NCBI GenBank assembly: GCA_003990765.1
Contig: RBNJ01000310.1
Coordinates: forward strand, 1 to 33,446
Source of the DNA: Jimgerdemannia flammicorona
Lineage: Eukaryota
DNA: 33,446 nucleotides
Direction: 5' to 3'
The notes beneath the pieces are model-generated. The model did not search any database. It saw only the letters and a program-made list of their open reading frames with translations, and had not been told where the DNA came from. Position 1 is the first letter of the stretch. Every line of letters starts with the position of its first letter. Of this stretch, positions 1-12,325 are shown piece by piece. The position numbers and the translations under genes are program-made.

Positions 1-29
1 CCCCCCTCATTTTCATCTCCCTTACACAG

Positions 30-2595
30 GATGGAAGGCGACGCCTCTGCCCACGCCGCCTCCAAGCTCAATGCCGCGACCGAAACCATGTCCGCTGCGC
101 GTCGCTCACTCCTGTCCGTCGACACGCGATTCCTAGACGCCGACGCCGAGATGAAGCGCATATTCGGGTCCAAGGTCGTAAATAGCGAGAACCGCGCGAG
201 AAATCACGGCAGGTGCGCGTTTGTTGGAGATGGTGGGGAGGTGAAGTGCATAATTATCAATTGATTTTATTTGGTTGTATTAACTTTTCGCTCCTTTGCA
301 CGCGTTACGCGTTCTCAACCCGAGCAGAATAATCAAGAAATCCACACTAACTAATCCACGTGTCGATTGGCCCCGCTACGACAAGCTCGGCCTTGGCATG
401 GACCTTCTCGAGACCGCCGACGGTATGGACGCCTCTCTCCTCATTCATCTGTCCGCTTCAATCCCTTCTTATTGTTCACTCTCTCCTCTATCCTACTTGT
501 TCTTTTAGGCATTCTCCACTTCTCCTTCACCCACTCGAAGCAGTACCAGGACATACAGTATCAGTTCCTCGAGTGCGTCGCGACCCACGATCCCAACACC
601 CTCGTCGGTCTGCTACAGATGTACCCTTACCACGTTGACTGCTTGCTGCAGCTCAGCGAGGTTGCCAAACACAGCGGGGATTGGCAGATGGCAGGAGAAT
701 TTATTGGTGGGTATTTTGGCGGAAGGGAGAGATACGGACGGCAACCACCCCCTGCGTGGTTTCCACACATTTTCTGCTGGTCTTCTTCTTTAACTCCCAC
801 AATTCATATCCGCTGATTTCGCGACACCCCCCATCTGCAGAACGTGCCATGTATGCCTTCGAGCGTGCCTTCCATCCGCAGTTCAACATTAGCTCCGGGT
901 CCGTCCGACTATCGTACAACCGCGCCGAGAACAGAGCCTTCTCCCTGGCCATCCACCGCCACATCCAGTTCCTGACCAGGCGCGGCTGCTGGAGAACCGC
1001 GTTCGAGTTCAACAGGCTGTTGTTGAGGTTTGTGTTGGTGTTGAGTAAAATAGGGGAATGGAAGTGTGGGGTTTGGTAAATTCTGTAAGGGTATCGAGTG
1101 ATATTTCTGGCCAACCAATGAACATGCATTCATAACTCCGTTTACTTCTTCTCCCCCGCTCAGCCTCGACCCGACCACAGACCCGCTAAGCGCACTCCTG
1201 TCGATCGACTTCCACGCGCTCAAAGCCCACGAGCATGCCTATCTTCTCCGTCTCCATGCCGAATTCACCCCCGCCGCGTACTCTGACCATGGTGCGCACG
1301 CATCCGACCGCGGCGCCCACGCCGGCGATTCGCTCTCGCCCCTCCCGTCCTTCGTCTACTCGTCAGCGTACGCGCGATTCAAGCAGGAGTCCGAACGCGG
1401 CGCGGCCGGTGACGCCGAGAACCGGCACGAGGAGAGCACGCGACTGCTCCGCCGCGCTGTGTGCCTGTTCCCTGGCGCCGTCGTGCCGCTGTTCGAGAAG
1501 TGCGGCGAGAAGGATCGCAGGGTACTGGATAGTGCCGTGTGGGTTGCGTGCGAGGCCGATAGCCCATATTTAAATCTGCTAATTAGACTGTTTGTCGAGA
1601 GGAACTTTGCGTTGTGGAAGGAACCTGAGGTAGGGTTAGGGGCAGAGGTGATTGAGTGCAGTGTTTTTTTTTTTTTTTTGTGGATTTGATTTGGAATTTC
1701 TCCCCCTCCAATCACTCCCAGGTAATTTCGTGGCTCAAATCCACCATCCTCGCCACCCTCCCCCTGCTCGAGGATGCCTCCGACCCCACCGTGCAAGAAG
1801 GACTCCGCCTCCGCACCACTGACTACCCAAACATCCCGGTCCCCGACAACCTCTCCCGCCACATCCTCATCTCGGACCACCAGGCCCTGCTCCACTACCT
1901 TCCCCCGGAGGTGACCTCTCAAAGCTACCACATGTACGACCCGCTCCCCCCGCCAGATTCGATCGGCCCTTACGACGACGACGCATCCGGCCGTTCGGGT
2001 AACGGCACAGCCGCCGGCGCCGCCCACGACGTTATGGCCATGCTGCGCAACCTGCTCCCGTGGGGCGACCAGGCCGCGGCCGGCGGACGCGCGGGGCAAC
2101 TCCGGATGCAGCCGCGGGAGCTCGCGGAGCAGATCGAGGCGTTTGCGGCGGCGAGAGGGGCGGTGAACGACGGGAGGGTGCCCGGGCAATTCCCTGGCGG
2201 GGATGGAGAGGAGGGCGCGGCGGCAGCGACAGTGGCGGTGGCGGCGGGAGGAGGAACCGGGGAAGGCCAGGGGAACCGGTGGGTAGACGGCTTCTTTGGT
2301 TTCACGGGTCTGGCGGTCATTGGCGGGTATCTGGCAACGCTGGTTTGCATGTTCATGTTTTTCCACCCCGTCGGCGCCTATGACTCATGCCCTTGTTCCT
2401 TCACCGTACCCCACGCCATGCTCGCGCTCTACATACCCCCCACCATCATCCTACCATCACCTCCACCGCTATCATCATCGTAGAGATTTCATGGGCTCAT
2501 TGCGGAACGTGATCGCGTGGCTCAGAGCGCAACAAGGCGGCGCGGACGAGCCGCCGCCTCGAGACGAGAATCCCGGGCCGAACGAGGAACATTAA
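30..2595 (+). CDS. RQC1: TCF25/Rqc1 (ribosome quality-control complex subunit) homolog, 5'-truncated by the window. Exons ~30-212, 328-422, 509-706, 841-1027, 1164-1629, 1722-2278, 2484-2595
   Basis: Spliced translation gives TCF25-family motifs LDADAEMKRIFGSKVV, FTHSKQYQDIQYQF, YPYHVDCLLQLSEV, ERAMYAFERAFHPQF, RRGCWRTAFEFNRLLLSLDP..DPL, LWKEPEVISWL and YDPLPP. All six introns are GT..AG and exon phases join correctly. Confidence 0.9.
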
Positions 2596-3122
2596 AAGGG
2601 AAATCACTTTCTTGCAGGAGGCAGAATGTTACTCCCATCCAATAGAAATGGTCTTGCTCTCTTTTGTTCATTAATTTCTTGATAGAGATCGTTATTACAA
2701 TGATCTGTCCTGTCTCAAAAGGACGAAAATTTTCCCGTAAGGGATATTTTGTTTGGCATGAGTGGGTGTGGATTGGGACGGACCAAACCAACATTGAGCA
2801 GAGTAAATGTGTCACAATTGGGAAATGGCTTACAATCAATAACGAAAATGTACTCCAGGAACCTGACACGCAGTTACTAAAATCAACACCTCAAAAACAG
2901 CGACATCTGTGTCCTTCACTATAGAAGTTAGCTTTGAATTAGTTTTAGCAGGGGGTATGGACCGCTTCACAACGATTAATCACGCAACTATTGAATATTT
3001 TAGCAAAAATCACACTTTTTGTATTATTAATATCTTGATATACATATGGGTGAAGTTATTTATTTATTTATTTATTTATTTTTCAAATTTGTAAAAAAAG
3101 TGCATCAGTGTAGTATATCATC

Positions 3123-3156
<34 letters not shown>

Positions 3157-3965
3157 TAGACTAGATTTTTATTGAAAGAGAACCTAGACTATATAGGCAA
3201 AAACCCCTCCAAACATTACACTTCTATTAACCTAGGTTTGTTATTGTCCAGTAGCTCTACTATGCTAGATATAGCAGGGCTTAATAGTCTATATCTCATT
3301 CTGTATATCATGTTCTCTCTACTATCAGGGGGAAAATAACTATATACCAATGACTAAAAGTATATAATCAAAACTCTAATATATATATAAGATAATGTCA
3401 GAGTTAGATAGCAAAGCTCTTACCACTCCAAATAGAGTAATAGATAAAGAAAAAACTCTCTAAAAGATATAGAATAGTGGGTAAGACCTAGTTCTCTCTA
3501 ATGAGATGAGTGAAAAACTTATATATAAAGTAGAAGGAGATCTCTAATACTCTACTACTCAAGCCTACAGACCTCAATTATATTTCTAAATATCTAACCT
3601 GAGTAGTCTTGAGTCTCTTAATAACTCCAAATGAGCAAAGTCTAATCTTATATATAATTAAGAGTTATGAGAGTAATATTTACTATCTAATTACTCTATA
3701 TCAATCAGAAGGCCCTACTGATATAGTGTCTATAATAATTCTGATAACTATCACTAATCTGGTATCTGATTGATCTACTGTAATTACTCTTCTGTCTATC
3801 TATAATAATCATCTTCTCTCTCAACTCAATACTATCCAAAAAGCAGTTATTATATCAGAACCATACTCACTAAAAAGCTCACCAAAGCTCAGAGGGCTCT
3901 ATTATAGATACTGACAACCTGCAGATAATTTATACTGATACTTGATATCTAAGATTAGCTGACTA

Positions 3966-3992
<27 letters not shown>
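3123..3992 (-). mobile_element. Degenerate poly(A)-tailed (non-LTR-like) retroelement 3' fragment, copy 1
   Basis: ~3163-3965 aligns by eye with ~7693-8508 (e.g. gagaacctagactatatagg/gagaacctagactatataga, aaagctcagagggctctatta/aaagctcagaggactctatta, ttagctgact). Bordered by T-tracts at 3123-3140 and 3966-3992. No diagnostic RT motif is readable. Confidence 0.5.
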
Positions 3993-3998
<6 letters not shown>

Positions 3999-4092
3999 TC
4001 ACTTGAACTTCTATATTTATTACTAGTCTATATTAAATAATATATAAAGTTCAACTCCTACTCAATCTCTCTAGAGGGTCCACCCCCAATCT

Positions 4093-4183
4093 TAGTACTT
4101 CAAATAGATTCAATTTATCCAGATGAGATTTGATTCAGATTTATCATATGATAAATTTAAATCAACTTAGATTGGTCTTATAA
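4093..4183 (+). mobile_element. Orphan terminus of the same hAT family as the 9581-16809 element
   Basis: tagtacttcaaatagat...tccagatgagatttgattcagatttatcatatgata...aatcaacttagattggtct matches 9581-9670 closely, then the similarity stops. Confidence 0.75.
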
Positions 4184-4229
4184 TGTAAGAGGATTGCTTT
4201 TTAGGATAACTGTTATATAGTTCTGGAAG

Positions 4230-5070
4230 GGTTTTCTGGAAGTTCTCTTCTTCCACTACATTACAATGGATATCATTGAGCCACTACCAGTAATACTATC
4301 AGAAAACTGCTATATTATAGTTATTGTAGACCTCTTTACCAAATGAATAGAAGTAGGAGTATTACAAAAAGCCAATGCCCTCTCTATAGCCAACTTCCTA
4401 TACTGAGAAATCATCTGCTACTACAAGACACCAAGGCAAATCACCACAGACCACAGCACAGAATTTGTCAATAGATTTCATAAGATAATATATCAGAAAT
4501 ACAAGATTCAGCACATCAAGACCACTATATATCACTCTCAAGAAAATGGACAGACAGAGAGAACCAATAAGATTCTTAAGAACATTCTGGCAAAGATCTC
4601 AGAGACATATGAGAATTGGGATAACTACCTTCCAACTGCTCTCTCTGTCCTATAAGATATACAGTTACAGAGCACACTTTACCCTAAGAGAACTGCTCTT
4701 TGGAGAAGAAGATTCTGATGGAATCTCAGTCACAAATCTAGACCTAACTTGGAGATGGGTTGATGCAGAAATCCAGAGGCTATACCAAATCAGGAAGGAG
4801 GCTAAAGATTATATCATCAAGTTACAAGTACTGATAAGAAAGAATGCAGAAAAGAATCACAAGACTCTAGAACTCATCCAAATTGGAAAAAAGGTCCTAC
4901 TGTATCAAAATATGATAGAAACCTCATAGTTGTAAAAACTGGAGCCCAAATGGGAAGGATCCTTTTACATGCAAGATATCAAGAGAATTATCTTCTAGCT
5001 TAGAAAAATCTCAGGAACCATACTGCCTACTATGGTACATAGGAACAGACTCAAGAAGTACTATGAACCT
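4230..5070 (+). pseudogene. Ty3/gypsy retrotransposon integrase relic (DDE core plus GPY/F-like C-terminus)
   Basis: From 4266: MDIIEPLP..YIIVIVDLFTK*IEV..IANFLY*EII..PRQITTDHSTEFVN..HIKTTIYHSQENGQTERTNKILKNILAK..NWDNYLPTAL, and later LEPKWEGSF and VHRNRLKKYY. Contains in-frame stops and a frameshift. Confidence 0.9.
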
Positions 5071-5429
5071 ATATAAGAGAAGCAAAATGTGATAACTGCC
5101 TATGAGGTTCTAGTCCATGAATCATAACAGTATGTCTTATGACCAGCAGGCTATCTGTCTGGACTATTCTCTAAGAGATATGGCACCAGCAACTACTTAT
5201 CTATAAGACTTTCAAAGTCAGAAGAGTTCAAACCATCAACTAATTGATCAAGATCAGAATCAGGCCCTTGCTCTATATGAAGGGAGCAATCCTTCACCAT
5301 CATGCTAAAATATATAGAGAAGACACTAGTCTATAAATACCACTTTCAACCTCTTGTCAGAGGTTATGGAATCAGCAAATTTTTCAGGACTAGATCAATG
5401 AATAAGGATATTCAAGAAGATTCTTATTT

Positions 5430-5686
5430 AGGAGGAAGATGTAACAGTGACCTCAGAATGATGACATCAGTACAAGAGATAGCCTTTCCTTGTAAGCCAC
5501 TAGATCAGAACACAAGAAGATCATATGATATAACTCAGACTATAAGATGAGTAATAATAACCAACTATGAGTCATTGTGACCACAGTTCAGGCATCTTGA
5601 AGAATATAAAAGAAGGATCAAGAAACTACAGTAGCAGCAACTCAATAAGACCCACCAATTCCAAAATAACTCAAAGACTTACCACA
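5430..5686 (+). mobile_element. Polypurine tract (5430-5439) and putative gypsy LTR (5440-~5686)
   Basis: aggaggaaga is immediately followed by TGTAAC downstream of the integrase. A candidate right end ...TTACCACA lies at 5686. No second LTR is present to confirm the boundary. Confidence 0.55.
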
Positions 5687-7126
5687 AATGAAATACCTGC
5701 TGCTTGCCAAATCTCAAGATCAAGAAACCACTAAGGTACCTCAGTTGAAGAAAGAATGTTCTAAGATATCAGAAGAGTCATGAGGACCTATACAAGAAGG
5801 ACTTCTAGCCTCAACCTGGGTACTGCAGATCCTTATTACTTTATTCTCTACTGCTATGAGATGAAAACAAGAATCACTATTGCTACCAAATACCTCCAAA
5901 TGTGACAGAAGTATAAAATAGGAAACCTTCTCTGTTAGGAGTTCCCACAGGCCAGCCCCCAAGAGTTATAAAATACTACTCTCATAGATATATGAGAAGT
6001 AAGGACAGCTAAGAAGATTCATCAGATCTTCAGGCATATACTATGGTCAATCCCCAACTTGGAGTATATTAGAGTCTCAGATTTCAGAGATCTGTCAGCC
6101 CACTATATCAATGTACTAGAAGCCAAGATGGCTACAAAAGCCCAGTCCACTATTACTCTCAATAGTGATAAAATAGAAGACTTCTGGTATCCTATCCTCC
6201 AGGACAACTCAGATCAATTCCTGCAAGAATTGATCTCAGTATTCTAAGGCCCAAGTATCTAGGTTAGATCTCCCCAAGACTCTACATTTGTTCTCTATTT
6301 TGTGGAAGAGAACCTTATAGACTGGAGAGCCCCAGACCTCCTTATTCCCACCATTGCTAAAAATGATGATATCATCAGTGATGATATCATCCTGCATAAT
6401 ATATGCAAAGCATGTAAAACATGTGACCTATACAATGAGATCAAAACATTCATAGACCTCATCTCCTTTGAGGACAGCAATGATGAGGATAAAGCTCTTA
6501 TTGTCCTGAACATTCTGCTCTAAGTTCCTTAGTTATACTGAATTATGCTAGTATTCTTTTTCTGTATAACAGCTGTTCCTCTACTGGCATTCTGACCTTG
6601 TAACTCAGAATTATTCCAGCACTATTTTCCTGTATCACTAAAATTATACCAGCATCCTGAACCTGTGTAACCATCTGTGCTGATCCTGGAACTTGGCAGT
6701 TTTCTATATTCCAGTATTTTATTAGTTATTGAAATTTATATTTAGCTTTATATCTTAGTAATTATTAAATTATATTTTAAATAAATACTCTTCTTATTTC
6801 CTTTGAAATAAAGTCAGTTAAGTTTACTTATACATACTTCCTTGCAAGCAATCTAAAGAGATAACAAGATAAGAAGTTTGAGAACTATAAGACCTTGAGA
6901 AGGCACTCTAATAAGAACATACTTATAACAAACTTAAGTTAGTCTAAGAGATATATCTTGAAGAGAATCTGATATATTTGAAGGACTCAGCAACCGCTAT
7001 ATGACAGTATATATATTATCTACTTATATATATAATAATTAGAGAGTCTGAAATTATAGCTCAGACCAATCAGTCAAATCTTCAGAAATTAATTATAAAG
7101 AAACTAAGAAAGTAAAGTAGTATATC

Positions 7127-7251
7127 TAGTACTTCTAACAAATTGAATCAAAGGGTCTAATTTAACTCAAAATTTAATTTAAACTCAATTCAAATTGAAA
7201 AATCTCCATTTTGATTTAATTCAAATTAAGTCAATTTATTTGAGAACACTA
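7127..7251. mobile_element. Short, internally deleted and heavily decayed hAT-type MITE
   Basis: Ends tagtacttctaa / ttgagaacacta are decayed TAGTGCTCCCAA TIRs. The interior matches 15731-16154 (gaatcaaagggtc, aattgaaaaatctcca). Flanks agtatatc / gatatatc are compatible with an 8-bp TSD after G>A changes. Confidence 0.7.
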
Positions 7252-7639
7252 GATATATCTATATATTATATTCAAAAGATGATAGAACTATAATTATTAT
7301 CAAAATAAGAGTAGATTTTATAGCCAAGTAATTTTTAGTTTATTTCATATAAGGAGCCTTATATTTTATCACTTTAACAGCATAACTACTATTACTACTA
7401 TATTTGACTATTGTATAGTATTCACTATTTTTATATATTTGTAAATATTTGAAACATAGTGCCAATCTCTTATGAATATATATTTCCTTATAGTTCTCTA
7501 ACCTAGATAAAACTTGATAAGTCTTCTTGTTTGTACATAGCATCTACCAGAAAAATCCCACATATCTCATATTACTCAATTACTACTAGGATATCTCCAG
7601 CAATCTATTTGGCAAAAGGTTATACTGTATAAAGAGAAG

Positions 7640-7642
<3 letters not shown>

Positions 7643-7677
<35 letters not shown>

Positions 7678-9200
7678 GACCCAAAGTTCTGCAGATTTTA
7701 TTAGAAGAGAACCTAGACTATATAGACTGAAACCCTCCCCCACTACCCCCTGAGCACTATACTCTCATTAATCTAGACTAATTATTATCCAGTAGCTTAA
7801 TTATATTAGATATAATAGGATATTATTGTCTGTACCTCATTCTGTATACTATGCTCTCTCTACTACCAGGGAGAAACAACCATATACCCACAACCAAAGA
7901 CATATGCCTGAAACCCCAATATATATATATGTAAGGCTATATCTAAGCTAAATAGAAATCTCTACTACTTCAAAGAGAATTAGATAAAAAAAAACTCCAT
8001 CAAAGTATAGAGTAGTGGGTAGGGCCTAGTTCTCTCAGATTAGATGAGTAAAGAACTTATACATAAGGCAGGAGGAGACCCCTTACTTAAGTCTGCAGGT
8101 CTTGATTATATTACTATATCAGCTCTTAGTTTCAGTTAAGTATAGCCAAAATATCTGAAATAAGTAGCCTCAGGTCCTCTGACTCTCTCTAATAACTAGG
8201 ACCCAATCATCAAAAGAAGCTGAGAGTGATACCTACTACCTAACTACCAGAAGACTCTACTAATATAATACTTACTCTAGTCCTGATAACTATCTCTAGT
8301 TTGATATCCTACTAGACTACTATATATAATTATTCTTCTTCCTATCTGTAACAGTCATCTTCTCTCTCATCCTGACTCTATCTGAAAAGCAGTTACTATA
8401 CCAGAATTATGTTCACCAAGAAGCTTACTAAAGCTCAGAGGACTCTATTATTATAGTAGAGATCTATAAGTAGCCTATACTGACACTTGATACCCAAGGT
8501 TAGCTGACTCTATATATAGCTTATTATACTCCAGATAATATCTTATTGATGATAGCAAAAGGAAAAAAGTACTATATCAAAATAGATATACCTCAGATAT
8601 AGCTAAAGATATTAGAAACTATAAAAAAGTAGAGAAGATACTGATCTAATACTGATAAAGAGGCAATTCATCACTATTACCTCTCTCTCACTACTCTATA
8701 ATAGATACAGTAAACCAACCCAAGATAGAGGAAGTATTAGTTATAGAAAGTAGACTTGGAAGATTGCCTACCAAACCTTGTAACTGATAAGATAGTAGAA
8801 AAAGAACTATTTTTCAAATGACCTTCAGTCATATAACAGTAGATCTACTATCTGGGCTTTGAGCATATCTTTGTTCTTATTTAGTTCAACTCTCAGGTAA
8901 TGTCCTACTCCTCTCTTCTAATAGTATTCTGAGTACTCTAGTAGTAGACTAGCTATATTCTATATTAAAAGTATCAGAATACTACTGTAACCACACTCTT
9001 CTGATATTTTGATACTTTTCTAAGTATACTAGTAGTAGACTAGTCACATTTTACACCCAAGTAGTCCAGAACATACTTAAAGTTAAAGAGAGATGATTGG
9101 CAGAGACTTATAAGACAAGAAGAGCAAAGTATCATACTAGACTTTTAGAGAAAGTATGAGCCTTAGACCAGAAATACAGAGATATTTTTATATATATAAA
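7643..9200 (-). mobile_element. Degenerate poly(A)-tailed retroelement fragment, copy 2 (longer; right boundary uncertain)
   Basis: A ~31-nt T tract at 7643-7673 is followed by ~800 bp homologous to 3163-3965, with coding-like decayed sequence continuing beyond. Confidence 0.5.
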
Positions 9201-12194
9201 GAGATAATCTTCCAGAAACTAATATGACTCAGAAGATAATAAATTTTCTGTTTGTTCTTATTTAAATCTCAGTTGTAATTTTCAATTATATTGAAAAAAA
9301 TATTTAAAGTTATTAATAAATATGTAAATATCTATAGTATAAGACCAAATACTAATAGCTAAAGCAATGATGGTTTTTCAAGCTATTAATTTAGACTTTA
9401 GAAATAAATAAATAATTCTCTAAAATTGTCTACAGACCTCCATCAGCTGAATGATTTGGACAAGTAGTAGCATACTTACTAGTTCTTAGAACAGTTGGCT
9501 CTAGTCTTCAATTATTTATAAGATTAATTTAAAAATAATTACTCTAATCTATATTACTGATATTTCAGTATATATCTGGCTAGTGCTCCAAACAGATAGA
9601 ATTGATCCAGATGAGATTTGATTCAGATTTATCATATGATAGATTCGAATCAACTCAGATTGGTCTCATGATCTGATTCAGATTGATCCAGATTGATCTA
9701 TCTGGATTGATCCATCTGGATTGATCCATCTGAATTGATCATACAAAATCTTTGATGATATTATTCTTTCTTTTGTTTATTTTTCACTCTACTGCACTTT
9801 GGTAACATCACTCTTTCTTTTGTTTATTTTTCACTCTGATGTACTTTAGTGACATTACTCTTTCTTTTGTTCTCTCTCTTCTTTTGTTCTTTCTTTGTTC
9901 TTTTTCTTTATTCTTTTTCTTTCCTACTACATTATGAGCAAACAAAATAGCAGCTCTTTATTATATATTAGTCCAGTCTACTCATTTTTTTTACCCTATA
10001 ATGATTATCAAAAGAGAGAGTATTTGAGGTAAAAATATACTCTCTACTGATAATGTTAGATTATTTCTCATATGAGCAGCATACAAGCTGCTCATCAAGA
10101 GCTAAAGAGGTAACAGCAGTAGTAATGGTAGTAGTGATAGCAGTGGTGATAGCAGGGATGAGAGAGAATTCTGGCAATAACTCACAGTAGCCCTTTAAAC
10201 CTCAGAATTCACAGACCTCATAGCTATATACATGGTAGCCTTTTTGGAGTAACTAATAGTAGATATAGGTTACTTATTCTACCATCTCTTGTTTACTTAT
10301 GTTTACTTTTTTAATTTCCCCCAGTATGACCCAATTCACCTCATGCTTTTCTTAGAGTCTACAGCTCTATAGCAAGATTTGCTAACTTTATTCACAATAT
10401 CTGGTCAAGATGAAGAAAGGCTGATGGATATTATAGGTATATCTTTAGTGGCTGAGCTGTTGAGTCAATATATCATATAACAGAGATCTCAAAAGGAATA
10501 GAAGCAAGTCTTCATGAGTAATCTTATATAACTCATGCAACTCATTGGTATACAACTTGCTCACTCATGCTCTTTTTCTGAAATACTAATCTTCATGTTT
10601 ATTTAACTTCATTTTTATATAGTCTCTTCTAAAAACACCTATATGATATCTGTATGCAATTCATCTATATACAACCCATCTATATGCAACCCATCTGTAT
10701 ACTTATCTCAGCCCCTCAGATCAGGACTCAGTTCTATTAGAAAGAAGAGTTCAAAGTTACCTGAGTTCAATCATATCTGGTGTCTGATCAAATAGAGAAA
10801 TTTGAGGACAAGATATTCAGTATGAGCAGTATTAGTATCATCATTAAGGCTTGGGGGTCTATATTTGAATTAGAGCTAATTATTCTAAACCAAGAAGTCA
10901 ATTGGCCAGCAAGAGTAATCAATGATAAAGAGAACTATATCATTATTAATAATTGTAGAGAGGTGATTATAATGGTAATAAGGAACCTCTACAGTAATGA
11001 GCTTTGCTACTACATAAATGAGATTTGTGAGGATTGCATCAAATACTGGATAACAGAAAAGAGGGGGCAAAAAAAGCAAGAAGGGGGGTTTTGGACAGGA
11101 ATTGAGTATACTGCAATACTGGTGAAGAGTGGGTTTCAGAGTTCTGAAATCCTCCATACTCATCTTTCTCTTTTTTTTTTTCCTCCTCTCTAAATAATCA
11201 CTCTCTTTACCAATATACTCTTTTTGATACAAATCTAGAGATGTATAAGAATCTGTACCCCTACCAGAACTTTAGAAGTACTGTTAAAGAGCAAACTACA
11301 TATGAGTACAATATGGCTTATATAGTAATAGCAGCTATGATCTAGAGTTCTTTGAGCAGATTGGTAGAATATATAGCAGGTCAGCTTGGTAGTGATCTCA
11401 GTACAGCTGTATATATTCTTGGTACAATTTAGTGTGCCATATAAGGTGAGAAGCTCTACTTCATTTGTGCTGTAATCTGGGAGATTTCTGCAGTCTGGGG
11501 GGTTTCTGTCTCTTATATACAAAAAGGACTAACTGGATGCCATCTGTTTTGACAGGTTTTCAAGCTGGGGCTCCTGGGGGCTAGACTGAGGGCAGATATC
11601 CACTAGTATAGTCTGACAGTATGAGGTTCTGAGCCAAGAGTTCACTCAATCATAACTCATATCATATTAGGATACATCAGATACAACATTTCTCTACCCA
11701 TATATATAGACAACAATATCATCTTGATAATGTTTTATATCCTGAAAAAGAAGAGCCCAATCTGAAAAGATAGCAGCAGAGTCTGATATGACCTCACCTA
11801 TAGTTTTGAGGTCCTGTTTGTAGTCAACATAGCCATTCTATTCCAACTATATGACCACCATGGTACTGTTATCTTCAAGAAGAGCTTAGACATAATAATC
11901 ATTATACTCACAATAGATGATAGGCTTATCAAGGCCTGAGACTGGTAGGTAGAGCAGTTTTTGTGAGAGTTAGGCAATATTTATAAGGATTTGGCAGTCA
12001 TTTTGTATAGGTTGGGCAGTTTTTTATAAGGATTGGGTCAGTAGCCAAGCATCTCTTCTATAGTGCTAGTTTAGCTATTATGCTGAGCCCTGCCAGCCCC
12101 TTGGCCCTGCTTTATAGTACTACTAGTATGGCACTATAGCATAGGGCCAGAGTACTCATAGGATTTGAACTGGTGATAGAACCTGAATCTATAG

Positions 12195-12306
12195 TAGACT
12201 TCAACTACCAGAAGTATTCTTCAACTACTGAAAGTATTCTCTAACTGCTAGAAGTACTCTCTGATCACCAGAAGTACCCTCTGACCACTAGAAGTACCCT
12301 CTGACC
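12195..12306 (+). repeat. ~20-21 bp tandem minisatellite (consensus ~cagaagtaccctctgaccac), about 5 copies
   Basis: Successive units gaagtattcttcaactact, aaagtattctctaactgct, gaagtactctctgatcacc, gaagtaccctctgaccact, gaagtaccctctgacc. Confidence 0.8.
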
Positions 12307-12325
12307 CAAACTCAGACTCCTTGGC

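Noticed and set aside
1356..2366. 336-aa minus-strand ORF
   Set aside because: Antisense shadow of GC-rich RQC1 exons; it crosses an intron and its T tract and has no recognisable motif.
2664..2924. Short ORFs downstream of RQC1
   Set aside because: Non-ATG starts in probable 3' UTR or intergenic DNA, with no motifs.
11560..11660. Possible tRNA/5S-derived SINE (locally G-rich segment)
   Set aside because: I could not fold a cloverleaf or find convincing A/B boxes; too decayed to call.
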